A stretch of DNA of 64,000 bases, taken from the NCBI GenBank assembly GCA_036229005.1, contig JAZAMN010000052.1, positions 320,001-384,000 on the forward strand. Direction: 5' to 3'. Each line of letters starts with the position of its first letter. Position 1 is the stretch's first letter. The translations under genes and the position numbers were made by a program. The notes below the pieces were generated by a model, which searched no databases, was not told the origin of the DNA, and was given only the letters and a program-made list of their open reading frames with translations. Positions 12,719 to 24,404 of this stretch are shown in pieces. The stretch comes from Myxococcota bacterium (GTDB lineage Bacteria; Myxococcota_A; UBA796; CAJQPC01).

Positions 12719-13369
12719 TCAGCCTTCCATCGCCGCGTCTTCGGCGGCGGGCTCGGGTTCGAAGGTGGCGAACTCGACGCCTTCCAGGGTGTCCAGGTAC
12801 TCGGTCACCGACCACATCTCCTGGTCCGTCATGGCCCAGCCGTGGGCGGGCATGATGGCCGCACCGTTGCGGATGGTCAGGTAGACGTAGCCCTTGGTGT
12901 AGCCGGCGGCGGAGATGATGGAGGCGCTCCCAGCGAGGGCAGGAGCGGGGACCGGGAAGCGCTTCTTCCCGTCGCTCATGTCATTCACCGGGCCGCTGCC
13001 CATGGCGTTCGAGTTGTGACAGGGGGCGCAGTAGGTCTGGAAGTTCCACTCACCCATCTCCACGACCTCAGCCAGCTCTGCGCCTTCCAGGTAGGGGTTG
13101 GTGAGCGCCTTGCCAGCGTCCGTCATGCGGTCGTAGTTCTTGACGTACATGTTCCGGGAGACGGTCCCCTCGGGGAGCACGTCCATCGGCTTCTCGTAGG
13201 CCCGGACGAACTGGGCGTCGTACATGTCGACGAACCAGGTCTGACGGCCCTGCAGGAAGGGGGGCATGATGTCGTAGCCAGTCACCGCGTAGGTGGCGTA
13301 GCCGACCAAGCCGCCACCAGCCGCGAGGAACACGGCGGCCCAGGGGACAAAAGACTTCTTGTTGGGCAT
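12719..13369 (-). CDS. actE: Alternative complex III monoheme cytochrome c ActE
   Basis: DMY...RAYE, PEGTVSR, NP, single CAPCH, G...MPA; position between actD and actF. Confidence 0.85.
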   Translation of the reverse strand: MPNKKSFVPWAAVFLAAGGGLVGYATYAVTGYDIMPPFLQGRQTWFVDMYDAQFVRAYEKPMDVLPEGTVSRNMYVKNYDRMTDAGKALTNPYLEGAELAEVVEMGEWNFQTYCAPCHNSNAMGSGPVNDMSDGKKRFPVPAPALAGSASIISAAGYTKGYVYLTIRNGAAIMPAHGWAMTDQEMWSVTEYLDTLEGVEFATFEPEPAAEDAAMEG

Positions 13370-13372
13370 CGC

Positions 13373-13932
13373 TCAGCTCTCCTCGTGGACGACTTCGGTG
13401 GCCTCGGTGGCCTCGTCCTCGTCGGCGGCGCAGGAGACCTCTTCGGCTCCGGCGTCCTGCAGCAGCTTGATGGCCTCGTCCTTGCGGGCACCCTCCACGT
13501 CGTGGAAGACCAGACCGAAGCGGTCGTTCGAGTAGCGGGGGTCCGCGCACTCGATGGGGGTGTCGGTGTCGGGGAGGCGGCAGTGGAAGATGATGGCGGC
13601 CAGCGTGGACAGGCCGGCCAGCAGGACCGTGCACTCGAAGGTGACGACCACGAAGGGCGGCACCGAGATCATGGGCTTGCCTGCGGGCAGCGCCATCGGC
13701 CAGACGGCCGAGGTCAAGCTCGCCAGGGTGAAGCCCAGGGTCCCACCCGTGATGCCACCGATGAGGGTCCACCAGCGAACGGGGCTGGGCTCGTTCTCGT
13801 AGATGGCCTCCTCGATCTCATGGCGGGGCAGGGGGGAGAGGACGGTGTAGTCGTCGAAGCCTGCCTTCTTCACGCGCCCGATGGCGGTGATGAGGCTGTC
13901 CAGGTGGTTGAAGACACCCTTGACGTTGGCGC

Positions 13933-13936
<4 letters not shown>
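13373..13936 (-). CDS. actD: Alternative complex III subunit ActD (DUF3341)
   Basis: SPLP.HEI, two TMs, GKP..S.PPF..VTFE.TVL, DPRYSNDRF, GAEEV; start overlaps actC stop. Confidence 0.88.
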
Positions 13937-15270
<1,334 letters not shown>

Positions 15271-15284
15271 TGCCGTCTCCCTTT

Positions 15285-18200
15285 TCAGTGCTTGTCGGCG
15301 CCGTGACCGGCGTCGTGGTTTTCGTGGCCCTCGTCAGAGCCGTGCTCCGCCTTGTCCCCGTGGCCGGCTGCGCCGCCCGCGGGAGCCTCGTGACCATCGT
15401 CGTGGCCACCAGCGTGCTCCTCTCCATGTCCGTCGCCGTGATCGGCGGCCGCGCCGTGCCCGTCACCGTGGCCACCACCGTGGTGGGGCTCCTGGTGGGT
15501 CAGCTTGGCCATGTACTGGACGCCGTTCTTGGTGTTCAGTTCGCCCAGGAGCTGGTAGCTGCGGGGGTCGTTCCACAGGGTGGCGACCTTGGAGCCCTCC
15601 TCCTTGACGTTGCCGAACACGATGCAGTCTGCGGGGCAGACCTCAGCGCAGGCGGTCAGGCGCTCGACATCGGCGCTCTGGACGGTGGCGGGGCGCGCCT
15701 CGGCCTTGGCGAAGCGGACGCGCTGGATGCAGAAGGTGCACTTCTCCATCACACCCATCTCGCGGGTGACCACGTCCGGGTTCAGCATCGGCTCGAAGGC
15801 CTCGGGCCAACGGTAGGTGTGCCAGTTGAAGCGACGCGCGCTGTAGGGGCAGTTGTTCGCGCAGTAGCGCGTGCCGACACAGCGGTTGTAGATCATGGCG
15901 TTGAGGCCATCGAGGTTGTGGTAGGTCGCGACGACCGGGCACACACCCTCGCAGGGCGCGTGGGCGCACTGCTGGCAGATGGCCATGGCGTAGCGGACGT
16001 CGGGGTTCTCACCCTCGCCCTGCCAGAAGCGGTCCAGACGAATCCAGCCCTGGTAGCGCCACAGCTGGTGCTGCTCGGGGCCCGTCATCGGGACGTTGTT
16101 CTCGCTGTTGCAAGCCACCTCGCAGGCGCCGCAGCCGGTGCAACTGTCCAGGTCGATGGACAGGGCCCACCGGTAGGTGGGGTGCTCGGGCTCGGGGAAC
16201 ATGTCGTACTCGATGCCAGCGGCCTCGAGGCGGGGATCCTCCACAAGGTGGATGCCCATGCCATGTCCCAGGTGGATCTCCTTGCCCTCGAGGATGTCGG
16301 GGGCGTAGGCGTCCAGCGCGATGGGGCGGTTGTCCATGTCCTCGGAGCCCTTGAGGCTCACGCGCTTGTACTTCTCCAGGTCAGCGCCCGCGAGGGCGGC
16401 CTTGGAGACGCTCACCCCGTTACCGAGGTAGTTCAGCGCGCCGGAGACAGGGTCCGTACCAGCCGCGAGGAGCTTGACGGGGTTGAAGCCGAAGCGCTCG
16501 TAGCGGCTGCCGCTGTTCTCGTGACCGTTGCCGGAGGGGATGGCGACGTGGCCGTCGGGCATGCCCTTGGAGATGCGGACGTTGAGGGGGCCGATCTCCT
16601 GGCCGTTGGCGCTCACCTTGACGAAGCCCATGTTGTCCACGCCCAGCTTCTGGGCGGTGGCAGCGGACATCTCGGCCCAGGTGGTCCAGGTCAGGCCGGA
16701 GACGGGGTGGGGGACCTCGTTCAGCCAGGGACGGAAGGCGAAGCGACCGTCGTAGAGGTGGACGTGGGGGAAGAAAAGGAGGCTGTCGCCGCTGATGGCC
16801 TCACCGCCCACAGGGGCGGGGATGCCGGCTGCCACGGTGACCTCGGGCTCGTTGACGGTGGTGTAGAAGCCACCGGTCTGGAGCACCTGGATCCACCAGT
16901 CCTGGAAGTCCATGCCGCCGTCGTACGCGTTCTCGGCCCAGTGGCCGGCCACGTAGCGATAGAAGTCCTCGGCCTCGAAGCTCGCGGTCGCCGGCTTGCC
17001 GCCCAGCGCGTAGGTGTCCACGCGCTCGACGGTCTCACCCTCGACAGGTGCCTCGGTGCTCTCCACAGCGGGGATGGCCAGGCCAGCCTGACGCGCGACG
17101 CTCAGGAGCAGATCGCCCTGGGACATCGTGTCGTGCTGGGGGACCATGCCGGGCTGCCGGATCTGGAACTTGCCCTTGATGGGCTCAGCGTCACCCCACT
17201 GCTCCAGCCAGCTTCCGGGAGGGAGCAGCCAGGCGTTGTCGGGGCGCGTGTCGCCGCCACCATTGGTGAACACGAAGAGGTTGGGGACAGCCTTGAGGGC
17301 CTCGGCGACGCCGAGTTCAGGGGGCAGGGCGTAGATGGGATCCAGCTCGTCGATGACGAGGGTCTTCACCTCGCCCTTCTTGCAGGACTCCAGCAGGGCC
17401 TGGACCTCAGCGAAGCTGGCCACGGGGCCGAGGACGCTGTAGGCGCCCAGCTTGACGCTGGTTCCGATGTTCCCGCACACCAGGTTCAGCAGCAGGCTGG
17501 CGAGGGCCAGGTGCGTGCCGTTGGCGCTCTGGGTGTTCACGCCGCCGGGGAAGACCACGGAGGGGTGCTTGGACAGCTTGTCGGCCAGGACCTCGAGCTT
17601 GGAGAGCTCGACCCCAGCGGCGGAGGCCATCGCGGCGGGATCGACCTGGGACAGGACGGCCTCGGCGCCGTTGGCGCTGCCCTTCTTGTCGGCCACCAGC
17701 TTGGCGAGCGCGTAGGCGACGCCAGCCTCGGTGCCGGGCGCGGTCTTGAGCCACTGGTCACACTTGGTGCCGGTGTGGCTGACGCGGGGCTCGATGCTCA
17801 CGAACTCGGCGACGAAGTCACCGTGCTTGGGATCGCGCGCCTTGGCGTAGCCCTTGGTGTGCCGCTCGGGGGCGAGCCAGGTCTGCAGCCAGTCCGCGCC
17901 GAAGCTCACGATGACGTGGGCGTCAGAGACCTCGTAGCTGGGGGCGACCGCCTGACCGAAGGCCAGCTCGGAGGCCTTGACCAGGGACTCGTAGCCGAAT
18001 GGCTCCCAGTGGACGCGCTTGAGGCCCGAGGCCGCGGAGACCTGACCCAGCAGGCGGTCCAGGGCGCCGTTCCGGTAGCGGCCCAGCCAGACCGCGCCGC
18101 CGGCCTTCACGCCGTCAGCGAGGGCCTTGGTGGCCTCTTCCCAGGTGGTGTCCGCGCCGGCCTTCTTGGGGCCCCCGATGTGGTCGGGGTTGAAGGTCTC

Positions 18201-18497
18201 CTGCGTCGCCGCGATGGCGTGGGCGGTGATGCCGCCCTCGCCGATCTCGGAGGCGGTGTTTCCGCCGACGAAGACCACGCGGCCCTCGCGGTTGCGGAGC
18301 ACCACCCCCGCTCCGGCGATGGTGTCGCCGGAGGTGGAAGCGAAGAAGGTGGGCACACCGGGCGTGACCTGCTCGGGCTGGACCACGTAGGGGTAGAGGT
18401 TCTCGACGGGCGTGTTGGGGTCACACGCCGTGAGCGCTCCGACGGCACTGGTGGTGCCGACAATCTTGAAGAAATCTCGCCGGTTCATATCGGCCAT
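15285..18497 (-). CDS. actB: Alternative complex III subunit ActB (molybdopterin-oxidoreductase-like domain plus Fe-S domain), Tat lipoprotein
   Basis: RRDFFK Tat motif then LTAC; CTGCGACEVAC, CQQCAHAPCEGVCP, YNRCVGTRYCANNCPY, GVMEKCTFC, CAEVCP; His-rich C-tail. Confidence 0.93.
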   Translation of the reverse strand: MADMNRRDFFKIVGTTSAVGALTACDPNTPVENLYPYVVQPEQVTPGVPTFFASTSGDTIAGAGVVLRNREGRVVFVGGNTASEIGEGGITAHAIAATQETFNPDHIGGPKKAGADTTWEEATKALADGVKAGGAVWLGRYRNGALDRLLGQVSAASGLKRVHWEPFGYESLVKASELAFGQAVAPSYEVSDAHVIVSFGADWLQTWLAPERHTKGYAKARDPKHGDFVAEFVSIEPRVSHTGTKCDQWLKTAPGTEAGVAYALAKLVADKKGSANGAEAVLSQVDPAAMASAAGVELSKLEVLADKLSKHPSVVFPGGVNTQSANGTHLALASLLLNLVCGNIGTSVKLGAYSVLGPVASFAEVQALLESCKKGEVKTLVIDELDPIYALPPELGVAEALKAVPNLFVFTNGGGDTRPDNAWLLPPGSWLEQWGDAEPIKGKFQIRQPGMVPQHDTMSQGDLLLSVARQAGLAIPAVESTEAPVEGETVERVDTYALGGKPATASFEAEDFYRYVAGHWAENAYDGGMDFQDWWIQVLQTGGFYTTVNEPEVTVAAGIPAPVGGEAISGDSLLFFPHVHLYDGRFAFRPWLNEVPHPVSGLTWTTWAEMSAATAQKLGVDNMGFVKVSANGQEIGPLNVRISKGMPDGHVAIPSGNGHENSGSRYERFGFNPVKLLAAGTDPVSGALNYLGNGVSVSKAALAGADLEKYKRVSLKGSEDMDNRPIALDAYAPDILEGKEIHLGHGMGIHLVEDPRLEAAGIEYDMFPEPEHPTYRWALSIDLDSCTGCGACEVACNSENNVPMTGPEQHQLWRYQGWIRLDRFWQGEGENPDVRYAMAICQQCAHAPCEGVCPVVATYHNLDGLNAMIYNRCVGTRYCANNCPYSARRFNWHTYRWPEAFEPMLNPDVVTREMGVMEKCTFCIQRVRFAKAEARPATVQSADVERLTACAEVCPADCIVFGNVKEEGSKVATLWNDPRSYQLLGELNTKNGVQYMAKLTHQEPHHGGGHGDGHGAAADHGDGHGEEHAGGHDDGHEAPAGGAAGHGDKAEHGSDEGHENHDAGHGADKH

Positions 18498-18512
18498 GGC
18501 AATCGCTCCGCC

Positions 18513-19205
18513 CTACTGGTGGCAGGTGTAGCAGTCCTTGAGCTCAGCCCTACGAAGCTCAGCATCGGCTCCGTAGTTGGCGTCCACGGAGGGGTGCTCT
18601 CCGTGGCACTCAAGGCACCAGCCCATCAACATCGTCATCTCGGGGGCGCGGATGGCCACGCCCTCCTTGCTCATGTCCGCGTGGCAGTCCGTGCACTCCA
18701 CGCCGCCCTTGATGTGGCGGCTGTGGTTGAAGTGCACGAAGTCCGGCGCGTCATGGACCTTGACCCACTCGATGGGCTGACCGAAGGACTGTCCATCAGG
18801 CTTGATGTACTCCTCCAGTTGGACCAGCCCCTCGCGGCCAGCGGGGTCGATCATCTTGTGACAACCTTCGCAGACCTGCGTGGGAGGCACGCCCGCGTGC
18901 TTGGACTTGCGGGCGTTGGAGTGACAGTACTCACAGCTCATGCCCAGGCCGCCGTCTTCGACAGGGGCGGCATGGTTGCTGTGCTTGAAAGCGATGGGCT
19001 GCGCGTCCACGGGCTGGACCTTGCTGCCTACGGAGACGCGGGTCTCCACATCGTCCGGGTACTCGGGCGGCAACAGGCTGTGGGCGGAGAGCGGGAAGGC
19101 GTCGCTGTCGGACTCGACATTGACGTTCTCGCACTTGGACGCGAAGCTGACTGCGGCGAGCATCAGCACGGCCCAGACACGCGGGGTGCCCTTTGCACTT
19201 GGCAT
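18513..19205 (-). CDS. actA: Alternative complex III pentaheme cytochrome c ActA
   Basis: QPIAFKH; five CxxCH (CEYCH, CEGCH, CTDCH, CLECH, CYTCH); PDFVHFNHSRH; MGWC. Confidence 0.92.
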   Translation of the reverse strand: MPSAKGTPRVWAVLMLAAVSFASKCENVNVESDSDAFPLSAHSLLPPEYPDDVETRVSVGSKVQPVDAQPIAFKHSNHAAPVEDGGLGMSCEYCHSNARKSKHAGVPPTQVCEGCHKMIDPAGREGLVQLEEYIKPDGQSFGQPIEWVKVHDAPDFVHFNHSRHIKGGVECTDCHADMSKEGVAIRAPEMTMLMGWCLECHGEHPSVDANYGADAELRRAELKDCYTCHQ

Positions 19206-19415
19206 CGGCGGTTCTCCCTTTTGGGGCTCCAGGGGCGGCCATGCTAATGCAACGCCTGTCCTGCGTCCACGCGCCTGCGGACGATGACGAGTCCTCGACA
19301 GCGAGTCTGTGCGCTCACTGCTCGCTCAAAGCCGCCTGCCAAGGGTGGTCCCGTTCCCCGCAGCGTCGATGTCTGTACCGCCGAAAGGCTTCACACCAAA
19401 TCCGAGCCGCCAAGA

Positions 19416-19793
19416 ATGTGGATCGTTTTGATGATAATGGCTTGCAATTGTGTACCCCGTGTGTCGGAGCGGGCGGACACGGCCCCAGCGCGGACGCCGC
19501 CCACCTTGAAGCCCGGTCCCATCACGGTCTCAGCGGACGAGGGGCCTCGCCTGTACGCAGCGTGTCAGGAGCGTGTCGAGGGCCCTGAGAGCCCCGGAGA
19601 GTGTGCCCAGGACAGCGACTGTGTCCCAGCCGGCTGCTCCCTCGAACTCTGTGTGGCGAAAGACCAGGCGGAGCAGGCCTTCTCGAGCTGTGAGACCCGC
19701 CTGTGCTTCTCGGTCCTGGAGCGCTGTGGCTGCCAGGAGGGCCTATGCCGTTGGTCCGTGAAGCCGGGCCCGGAAGGCGATGAGCCCCAGTGA
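19416..19793 (+). CDS. Putative lipoprotein with eight-cysteine-cluster domain
   Basis: MWIVLMIMAC; ECAQDSDCVPAGCSLELC...SSCETRLC...CGCQEGLCRW. Confidence 0.65.
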   Translation: MWIVLMIMACNCVPRVSERADTAPARTPPTLKPGPITVSADEGPRLYAACQERVEGPESPGECAQDSDCVPAGCSLELCVAKDQAEQAFSSCETRLCFSVLERCGCQEGLCRWSVKPGPEGDEPQ

Positions 19794-20504
19794 GAGCCGC
19801 TCGCTCAGGGCCTCCAGGCTCGCGTCATCCCGGAGCAGGTCGTTGCGGACCTCGAGCTCCAGGTAGGGGACACCAGCGGCCTGCCCGTGGCGTTGCACAG
19901 ACTCGATGAGCCCCTCCAGCCCGGAATAGGGCCGGTTCTCCTCGCTGTGCAGCCCGAGCGCACAGAGCTCCGTGTGCAGAGCGGTTCCGAGGTGGGCCAT
20001 CGGCCGGTCGTAGAGCACACCCACCTCCAGCTCCCGCTTCTCGGTGCCGCGGGGCCCTCTGTATTCGGGGGTGAAGGAGTGGATGCTGAGCAGCAGCTCT
20101 GGGGGTCGCCGCTCGAGCAGCTCGGCGTACGCCAGATGGAAGGGGCCGTGGACTTCGGCGAGGCGCTGCTGTCTGGCTTCGCGGGTGAGGCCCTGGTTGA
20201 AGGCGAAGGGGACCCCCTCGGCCTCTTCGCGGCAGAGCTCGGGGTGGTCCTCGGGGCGGTTGAGGTCTGCAACAAGTCGCGACCAGGTGCCTAGGATGGC
20301 GTCTGCGCTCAAGCGCGAAGACAGCCGACGTGTCAGCTCGGCCGCACCCAGGTCCCAGCCCCAATGGTCCTCCAGCAGCCTGCGCTCGGCGTCTGAGAGC
20401 GACCAGCTCCCTGGCACCCGATTCGCCGCGTGTTCACACGACAGCGTGAGCCAAGGTGGGGTGGGGCTCAGGAGGATCTCGGTTGCGGAATGGGCGTCGA
20501 ACAT
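19743..20504 (-). CDS. N-formylglutamate amidohydrolase family protein
   Basis: SCEHAAN, HWGWDLGA, SRLVADLNR, SIHSFTP, GVLY, ENRPYS, ELEVRNDL; start MFDAH inferred. Confidence 0.88.
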   Translation of the reverse strand: MFDAHSATEILLSPTPPWLTLSCEHAANRVPGSWSLSDAERRLLEDHWGWDLGAAELTRRLSSRLSADAILGTWSRLVADLNRPEDHPELCREEAEGVPFAFNQGLTREARQQRLAEVHGPFHLAYAELLERRPPELLLSIHSFTPEYRGPRGTEKRELEVGVLYDRPMAHLGTALHTELCALGLHSEENRPYSGLEGLIESVQRHGQAAGVPYLELEVRNDLLRDDASLEALSERLSLGLIAFRARLHGPTA

Positions 20505-20534
20505 GCCGCGTACACTACACAACCCGGAGACCCA

Positions 20535-21110
20535 TTGATTCAACGTCAGATCGGCTGGACCGCCCTCGGGATCGGTCTCGCCCAGCTCATCCCGCTCCCC
20601 TTCGTGGACGACATGGTCAGCGCGCGCCTGCTGCGGCGGCTCTACGCGCAGATGGCCCGGCACCACGGCGTCGAGCTCACCGGGGAGCAGCGCAAGCGCC
20701 TGACGGTGTCGAAGGGGGGCGGCGTGCTTCAAGGCTGCCTGTGGGCGGGGTTGCGCTGGGGCGTCCGCAAGCTGATCGCGACGATGACGGTGGTGCTCCT
20801 GGTCAAGGACGTGCTGGACGAGGCGACGCGGGGGGCCCACCAGGCCCTGTTGGTGGACCAGGCGATGCGGAGCGGCACGCTGCCGGGCAAGGAGGCGGAG
20901 GTCCGCGAGGCCCTGGAGTCGCTGCTGGAGGCCGAGGAGATCTCGCCCATGATGCGGCTGCTCAAGGGCAGGGAGAACCCGGCGACGGATGTGGAGCTTG
21001 AACCCGGCCTGCTCGCCGCTCTGGGCCGCGGGCTGCACCGCCTGGGAGGTGGCGCTATCCTGCAGAGGCGCTTCCGCCGAAGGATGGCGGGGCTCCCCGA
21101 GGAGGAGTGA
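20535..21110 (+). CDS. Hypothetical membrane-associated protein (DUF697-like)
   Basis: TTG start after GGAGA; IPLPFVDD motif; stop abuts the next gene. Confidence 0.55.
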   Translation: MIQRQIGWTALGIGLAQLIPLPFVDDMVSARLLRRLYAQMARHHGVELTGEQRKRLTVSKGGGVLQGCLWAGLRWGVRKLIATMTVVLLVKDVLDEATRGAHQALLVDQAMRSGTLPGKEAEVREALESLLEAEEISPMMRLLKGRENPATDVELEPGLLAALGRGLHRLGGGAILQRRFRRRMAGLPEEE

Positions 21111-22853
21111 ATGCTGCTCTGGCTCTCGCTGCTGGCCTGCACCGACCCCATCGCCGAGGTGGGCCTGCTCGGGACCGGCCCCATGGAGGTGTTCCCGACG
21201 GCGCACCACCTGGACGCTGACGGGCACGTCGCCCTGGAGCCCGAGTGGCTGCCAACGGTGGACACGCCCTGGGACACCGAGCGGCTGGGCTTCCGAGAGG
21301 GCTTCTCGGTCGCGCAGACGGCGATCCTGCGGGATGAGCACCTCAAGGCCGAGGCCATCCTGGGGCCCGCCAACATCGGGACCGATGGTCCGGTGTGGAT
21401 GGTGGACCTGGATGACGGGCGGCTGATCCCGTGCTTCGCCGAGGTGGACGTACTGGACGACCAGGTCCTGCTGGTGCGGCCGATGGAGACCCTGGTCGAC
21501 GGACACCAGGTCGCCGTGGTGCTGTCCACCCAAGCGATTCCTCGTCTGGACGCGTTCACACAGATCCTGGAGGGGCAGCGTTTTCAGGGGTGGGCCGAGC
21601 ACTATCAGGCGCTGCTCAGCCGCTCCTCCTCCCTGACGGGGCTCTCCGAGGACGAGATTGGGCTGGTGTTCGACTTCCCGGTGGATGCGGGGACCGAGCC
21701 CATGGACCACGCGGTCGCGAGCACGCACCCCGCGGGCGACTGGACCTGGCTGGACGAGGACACGACGAACCTGCCGGAGGGCACGTACAAGCAGCTCACG
21801 GGCACCTTCACGGTGGACAACTGGCTCGTGGACGACCTGCGCATGGAGCTGGACGGGGAGGGGACGCCGCAGGCCCAGGGGACGGCTCAGGCGCACCTGT
21901 TCGTGCACATCCCCGAGTCGGTTCGGGGTGCGGAGCCGGGGACGGTGCCGGTGTTGATCTTCGGGCACGGCCTGCTCCAGAGCCCCGAGGGCTTCCTGGC
22001 GGACAAGGACGACAGCTCCAACTTCGTCGAGCTCTTCGACCGCATGGGCGTCATCGTCATCGCGAGCGAGTGGCGAGGCCTGTGCCGGGACGATCTGGCC
22101 GACGTGGTGTGGGTCGCCAACGACATGGGCCGCCTGCCCGAGGTGACCGACCGCCTGACCCAGGCCGTGGCCAACAACCTGGCGCTCATGGAGCTCATCC
22201 AGGACGGCGCGCTGCTGGACGACCCGGCCTTCGAGGGGCTCGCGGACGGCGAAACGCTGCTCTACTACGGCGTCTCGCTGGGCGGGATCATGGGGGCCGT
22301 GACCCTGGCCCAGACCGAGCGGGTGGACCACGGCGTGCTGCATGTCGGGGGCGGTGCGTGGTCGCTGACCTTCCCGCGCTCAGCCAACTGGGAGGACTTC
22401 GAGGGCCTGGTGGAGGAGGGTGTGCCCGCCTCTCGTGACCGCCAGTTGCTCTACGCCGCGATGCAGCTCTACTGGGACCCGGTCGACTCCATGTCCTACG
22501 CCGGGGCGCTCTCGGACCGCAGCCTGCTGCTCCAGATGTCGGTGGAGGATGATGAGGTGACCAACCTGGGGACCACCATGCTGGCCCACTCCGCCGGCTG
22601 GTCGGCCCTGAACGTCCCCGTATGGGACCTGCCCATCGTCGAGGCCCCCACGTCCGCGCCCGTGCTCGCGCCCTTCGACGCGGAGCTTGGAGACCCGGAG
22701 CAGGGGAACCAGCCTGCGCTGCGCACCGGAGCCCACCGCGAGCCCCGCATGTGGGAGGCCGCCAAGCTCCAGTCCATCTCCTTCCTGGTCGAGGAGCCCG
22801 GCGTCGTGGAGCACTACTGCGTCGACGCCGTCTGTACGCCCCTGGACCGTTGA
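21111..22853 (+). CDS. Alpha/beta-hydrolase-fold lipoprotein (lipase/esterase-like)
   Basis: MLLWLSLLAC; IFGHGL, GVSLGG nucleophile elbow, DDEV, terminal H. Confidence 0.75.
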   Translation: MLLWLSLLACTDPIAEVGLLGTGPMEVFPTAHHLDADGHVALEPEWLPTVDTPWDTERLGFREGFSVAQTAILRDEHLKAEAILGPANIGTDGPVWMVDLDDGRLIPCFAEVDVLDDQVLLVRPMETLVDGHQVAVVLSTQAIPRLDAFTQILEGQRFQGWAEHYQALLSRSSSLTGLSEDEIGLVFDFPVDAGTEPMDHAVASTHPAGDWTWLDEDTTNLPEGTYKQLTGTFTVDNWLVDDLRMELDGEGTPQAQGTAQAHLFVHIPESVRGAEPGTVPVLIFGHGLLQSPEGFLADKDDSSNFVELFDRMGVIVIASEWRGLCRDDLADVVWVANDMGRLPEVTDRLTQAVANNLALMELIQDGALLDDPAFEGLADGETLLYYGVSLGGIMGAVTLAQTERVDHGVLHVGGGAWSLTFPRSANWEDFEGLVEEGVPASRDRQLLYAAMQLYWDPVDSMSYAGALSDRSLLLQMSVEDDEVTNLGTTMLAHSAGWSALNVPVWDLPIVEAPTSAPVLAPFDAELGDPEQGNQPALRTGAHREPRMWEAAKLQSISFLVEEPGVVEHYCVDAVCTPLDR

Positions 22854-22886
22854 GGAGCTGGATTCAGCAGGAGGAGCCTGGGCGGC

Positions 22887-24320
22887 TCAGCGATCGGAGC
22901 CCACCGTGTAGATGCGGAGGGTGTTCGTCGTGCCCTTCATCGGGCTGGAGCCGGCGAGGACGATGATCTCCTGACCGGGGTCCAGCAGGCCACGGTCCAG
23001 CAGGGTCTGCTCGCCGATGGCGATCAGCTCGTCGGTGCTCTGGACCACGGGGACGCGCAGGGGGATGACGCCCCAGACCAGCGCGAGGCGGTCGCAGATC
23101 TGGTGCTCGGAGGTCAGCGCGTAGATGGGCCCGCGGGGCCGCGCCTTGGACGCGGTGATGGCGCTGAGGCCGGACCAGGTGAACACGACCAGGGGGCGGG
23201 GGACCTCGTTGGCGGCTTGGCAGGCGGCCCAGGCCACAGTGGCGGCGGGACCAGCGGCGACGGGGAGGTCCTCACGGACGCGGGGGCGCAGGAAGGGGCT
23301 GCGCTCGACCTCGCGGGCGATGGAGTCCATGACCTTGACCGCGCGCACGGGGTACATGCCGGCGGCGGTCTCGCCGGAGAGCATGACGGCGTCGGTGCCG
23401 TCGACGATGGCGTTGGCGACGTCGGTGGCCTCGGCGCGGGTGGGCCGCGGGTTGCGCTCCATGGAGTCGAGCATCTGGGTGGCCGTGATGACCAGGCAGC
23501 CGGCCCGGTTCGCGGCCTGGATCAGCCGCTTCTGGTGGATGGGCACGGTCTCGAGGGGGACCTCCACGCCCAGGTCCCCGCGGGCGACCATGATGCCGTC
23601 CACCGTGGCCAGGATGGACTGGATGTTCTCCAGGGCCTCGGGCTTCTCGATCTTGGCGATGATGGGCACGTTGGGCTGCCCCAGCGCGGCCAGCTCGCGC
23701 TTGAGGTCCAGCACGTCGGCTGCCTCTCGGACAAAGGAGAGCGCCACGTAGTCCACGCCTGCGGCAACCCCGACCGCCAGGTCCGCCTTGTCCTTGGGCA
23801 TCAGCGAGGGCGCGCTGACCTTGACGCCGGGCAGGTTGATGCCCTTGTTGGACTTGAGCTGGCCGCCCTCGTTCATGCGGATGTGGACCTCCTTGGGGGA
23901 GGCGTCCCGCAGGACCTTGTCGACAACACCCGAGAGGGTGCCGTCGGCGAACATGATGAGGTCACCTTCGACCACGTCGTCGGCCATGGCGGTGTAGGTC
24001 GTGCCGCAGCGCTTGCCCTCGCCCATGCGCTCGTCCATCACGACCTCCAGGATGTCTCCGGCGCGCAGCTCCAGCGGCGCCTTCATCTTGGAGGTGCGGA
24101 TCTTGGGGCCCTGCAGGTCCAGCAGCAGCGCGATGTAGCGGCCGCTCTTGAGGGTGGCGCGGCGCACGTGGGCCACGTCCCGGCGGATGGATTCGGCGTC
24201 GCCGTGGGAGCAGTTGATCCGGAACACATCCACGCCGGCGTCGATCAGCGCCTGCAGGGTCTCAGGCTCCCGGCTGGCGGGGCCCAGGGTGGCGACGATC
24301 TTGGTGCGGCGGCGGGACAT
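22887..24320 (-). CDS. pyk: Pyruvate kinase
   Basis: TKIVATLGPAS, RINCSHG, DLQGPKIR, KGINLPG, IAKIEKPE, MVARGDLGVE, ATQMLDSM..NPRPTRAE, MLSGETA. Confidence 0.97.
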   Translation of the reverse strand: MSRRRTKIVATLGPASREPETLQALIDAGVDVFRINCSHGDAESIRRDVAHVRRATLKSGRYIALLLDLQGPKIRTSKMKAPLELRAGDILEVVMDERMGEGKRCGTTYTAMADDVVEGDLIMFADGTLSGVVDKVLRDASPKEVHIRMNEGGQLKSNKGINLPGVKVSAPSLMPKDKADLAVGVAAGVDYVALSFVREAADVLDLKRELAALGQPNVPIIAKIEKPEALENIQSILATVDGIMVARGDLGVEVPLETVPIHQKRLIQAANRAGCLVITATQMLDSMERNPRPTRAEATDVANAIVDGTDAVMLSGETAAGMYPVRAVKVMDSIAREVERSPFLRPRVREDLPVAAGPAATVAWAACQAANEVPRPLVVFTWSGLSAITASKARPRGPIYALTSEHQICDRLALVWGVIPLRVPVVQSTDELIAIGEQTLLDRGLLDPGQEIIVLAGSSPMKGTTNTLRIYTVGSDR

Positions 24321-24404
24321 GGGGACTCCGGATCGGGAGGGGTTGGACCGGACAGAATCTGGTCGGTCACAGGGATAGCGTGTGCGGGAGGAGAGGCGAG
24401 CGAC

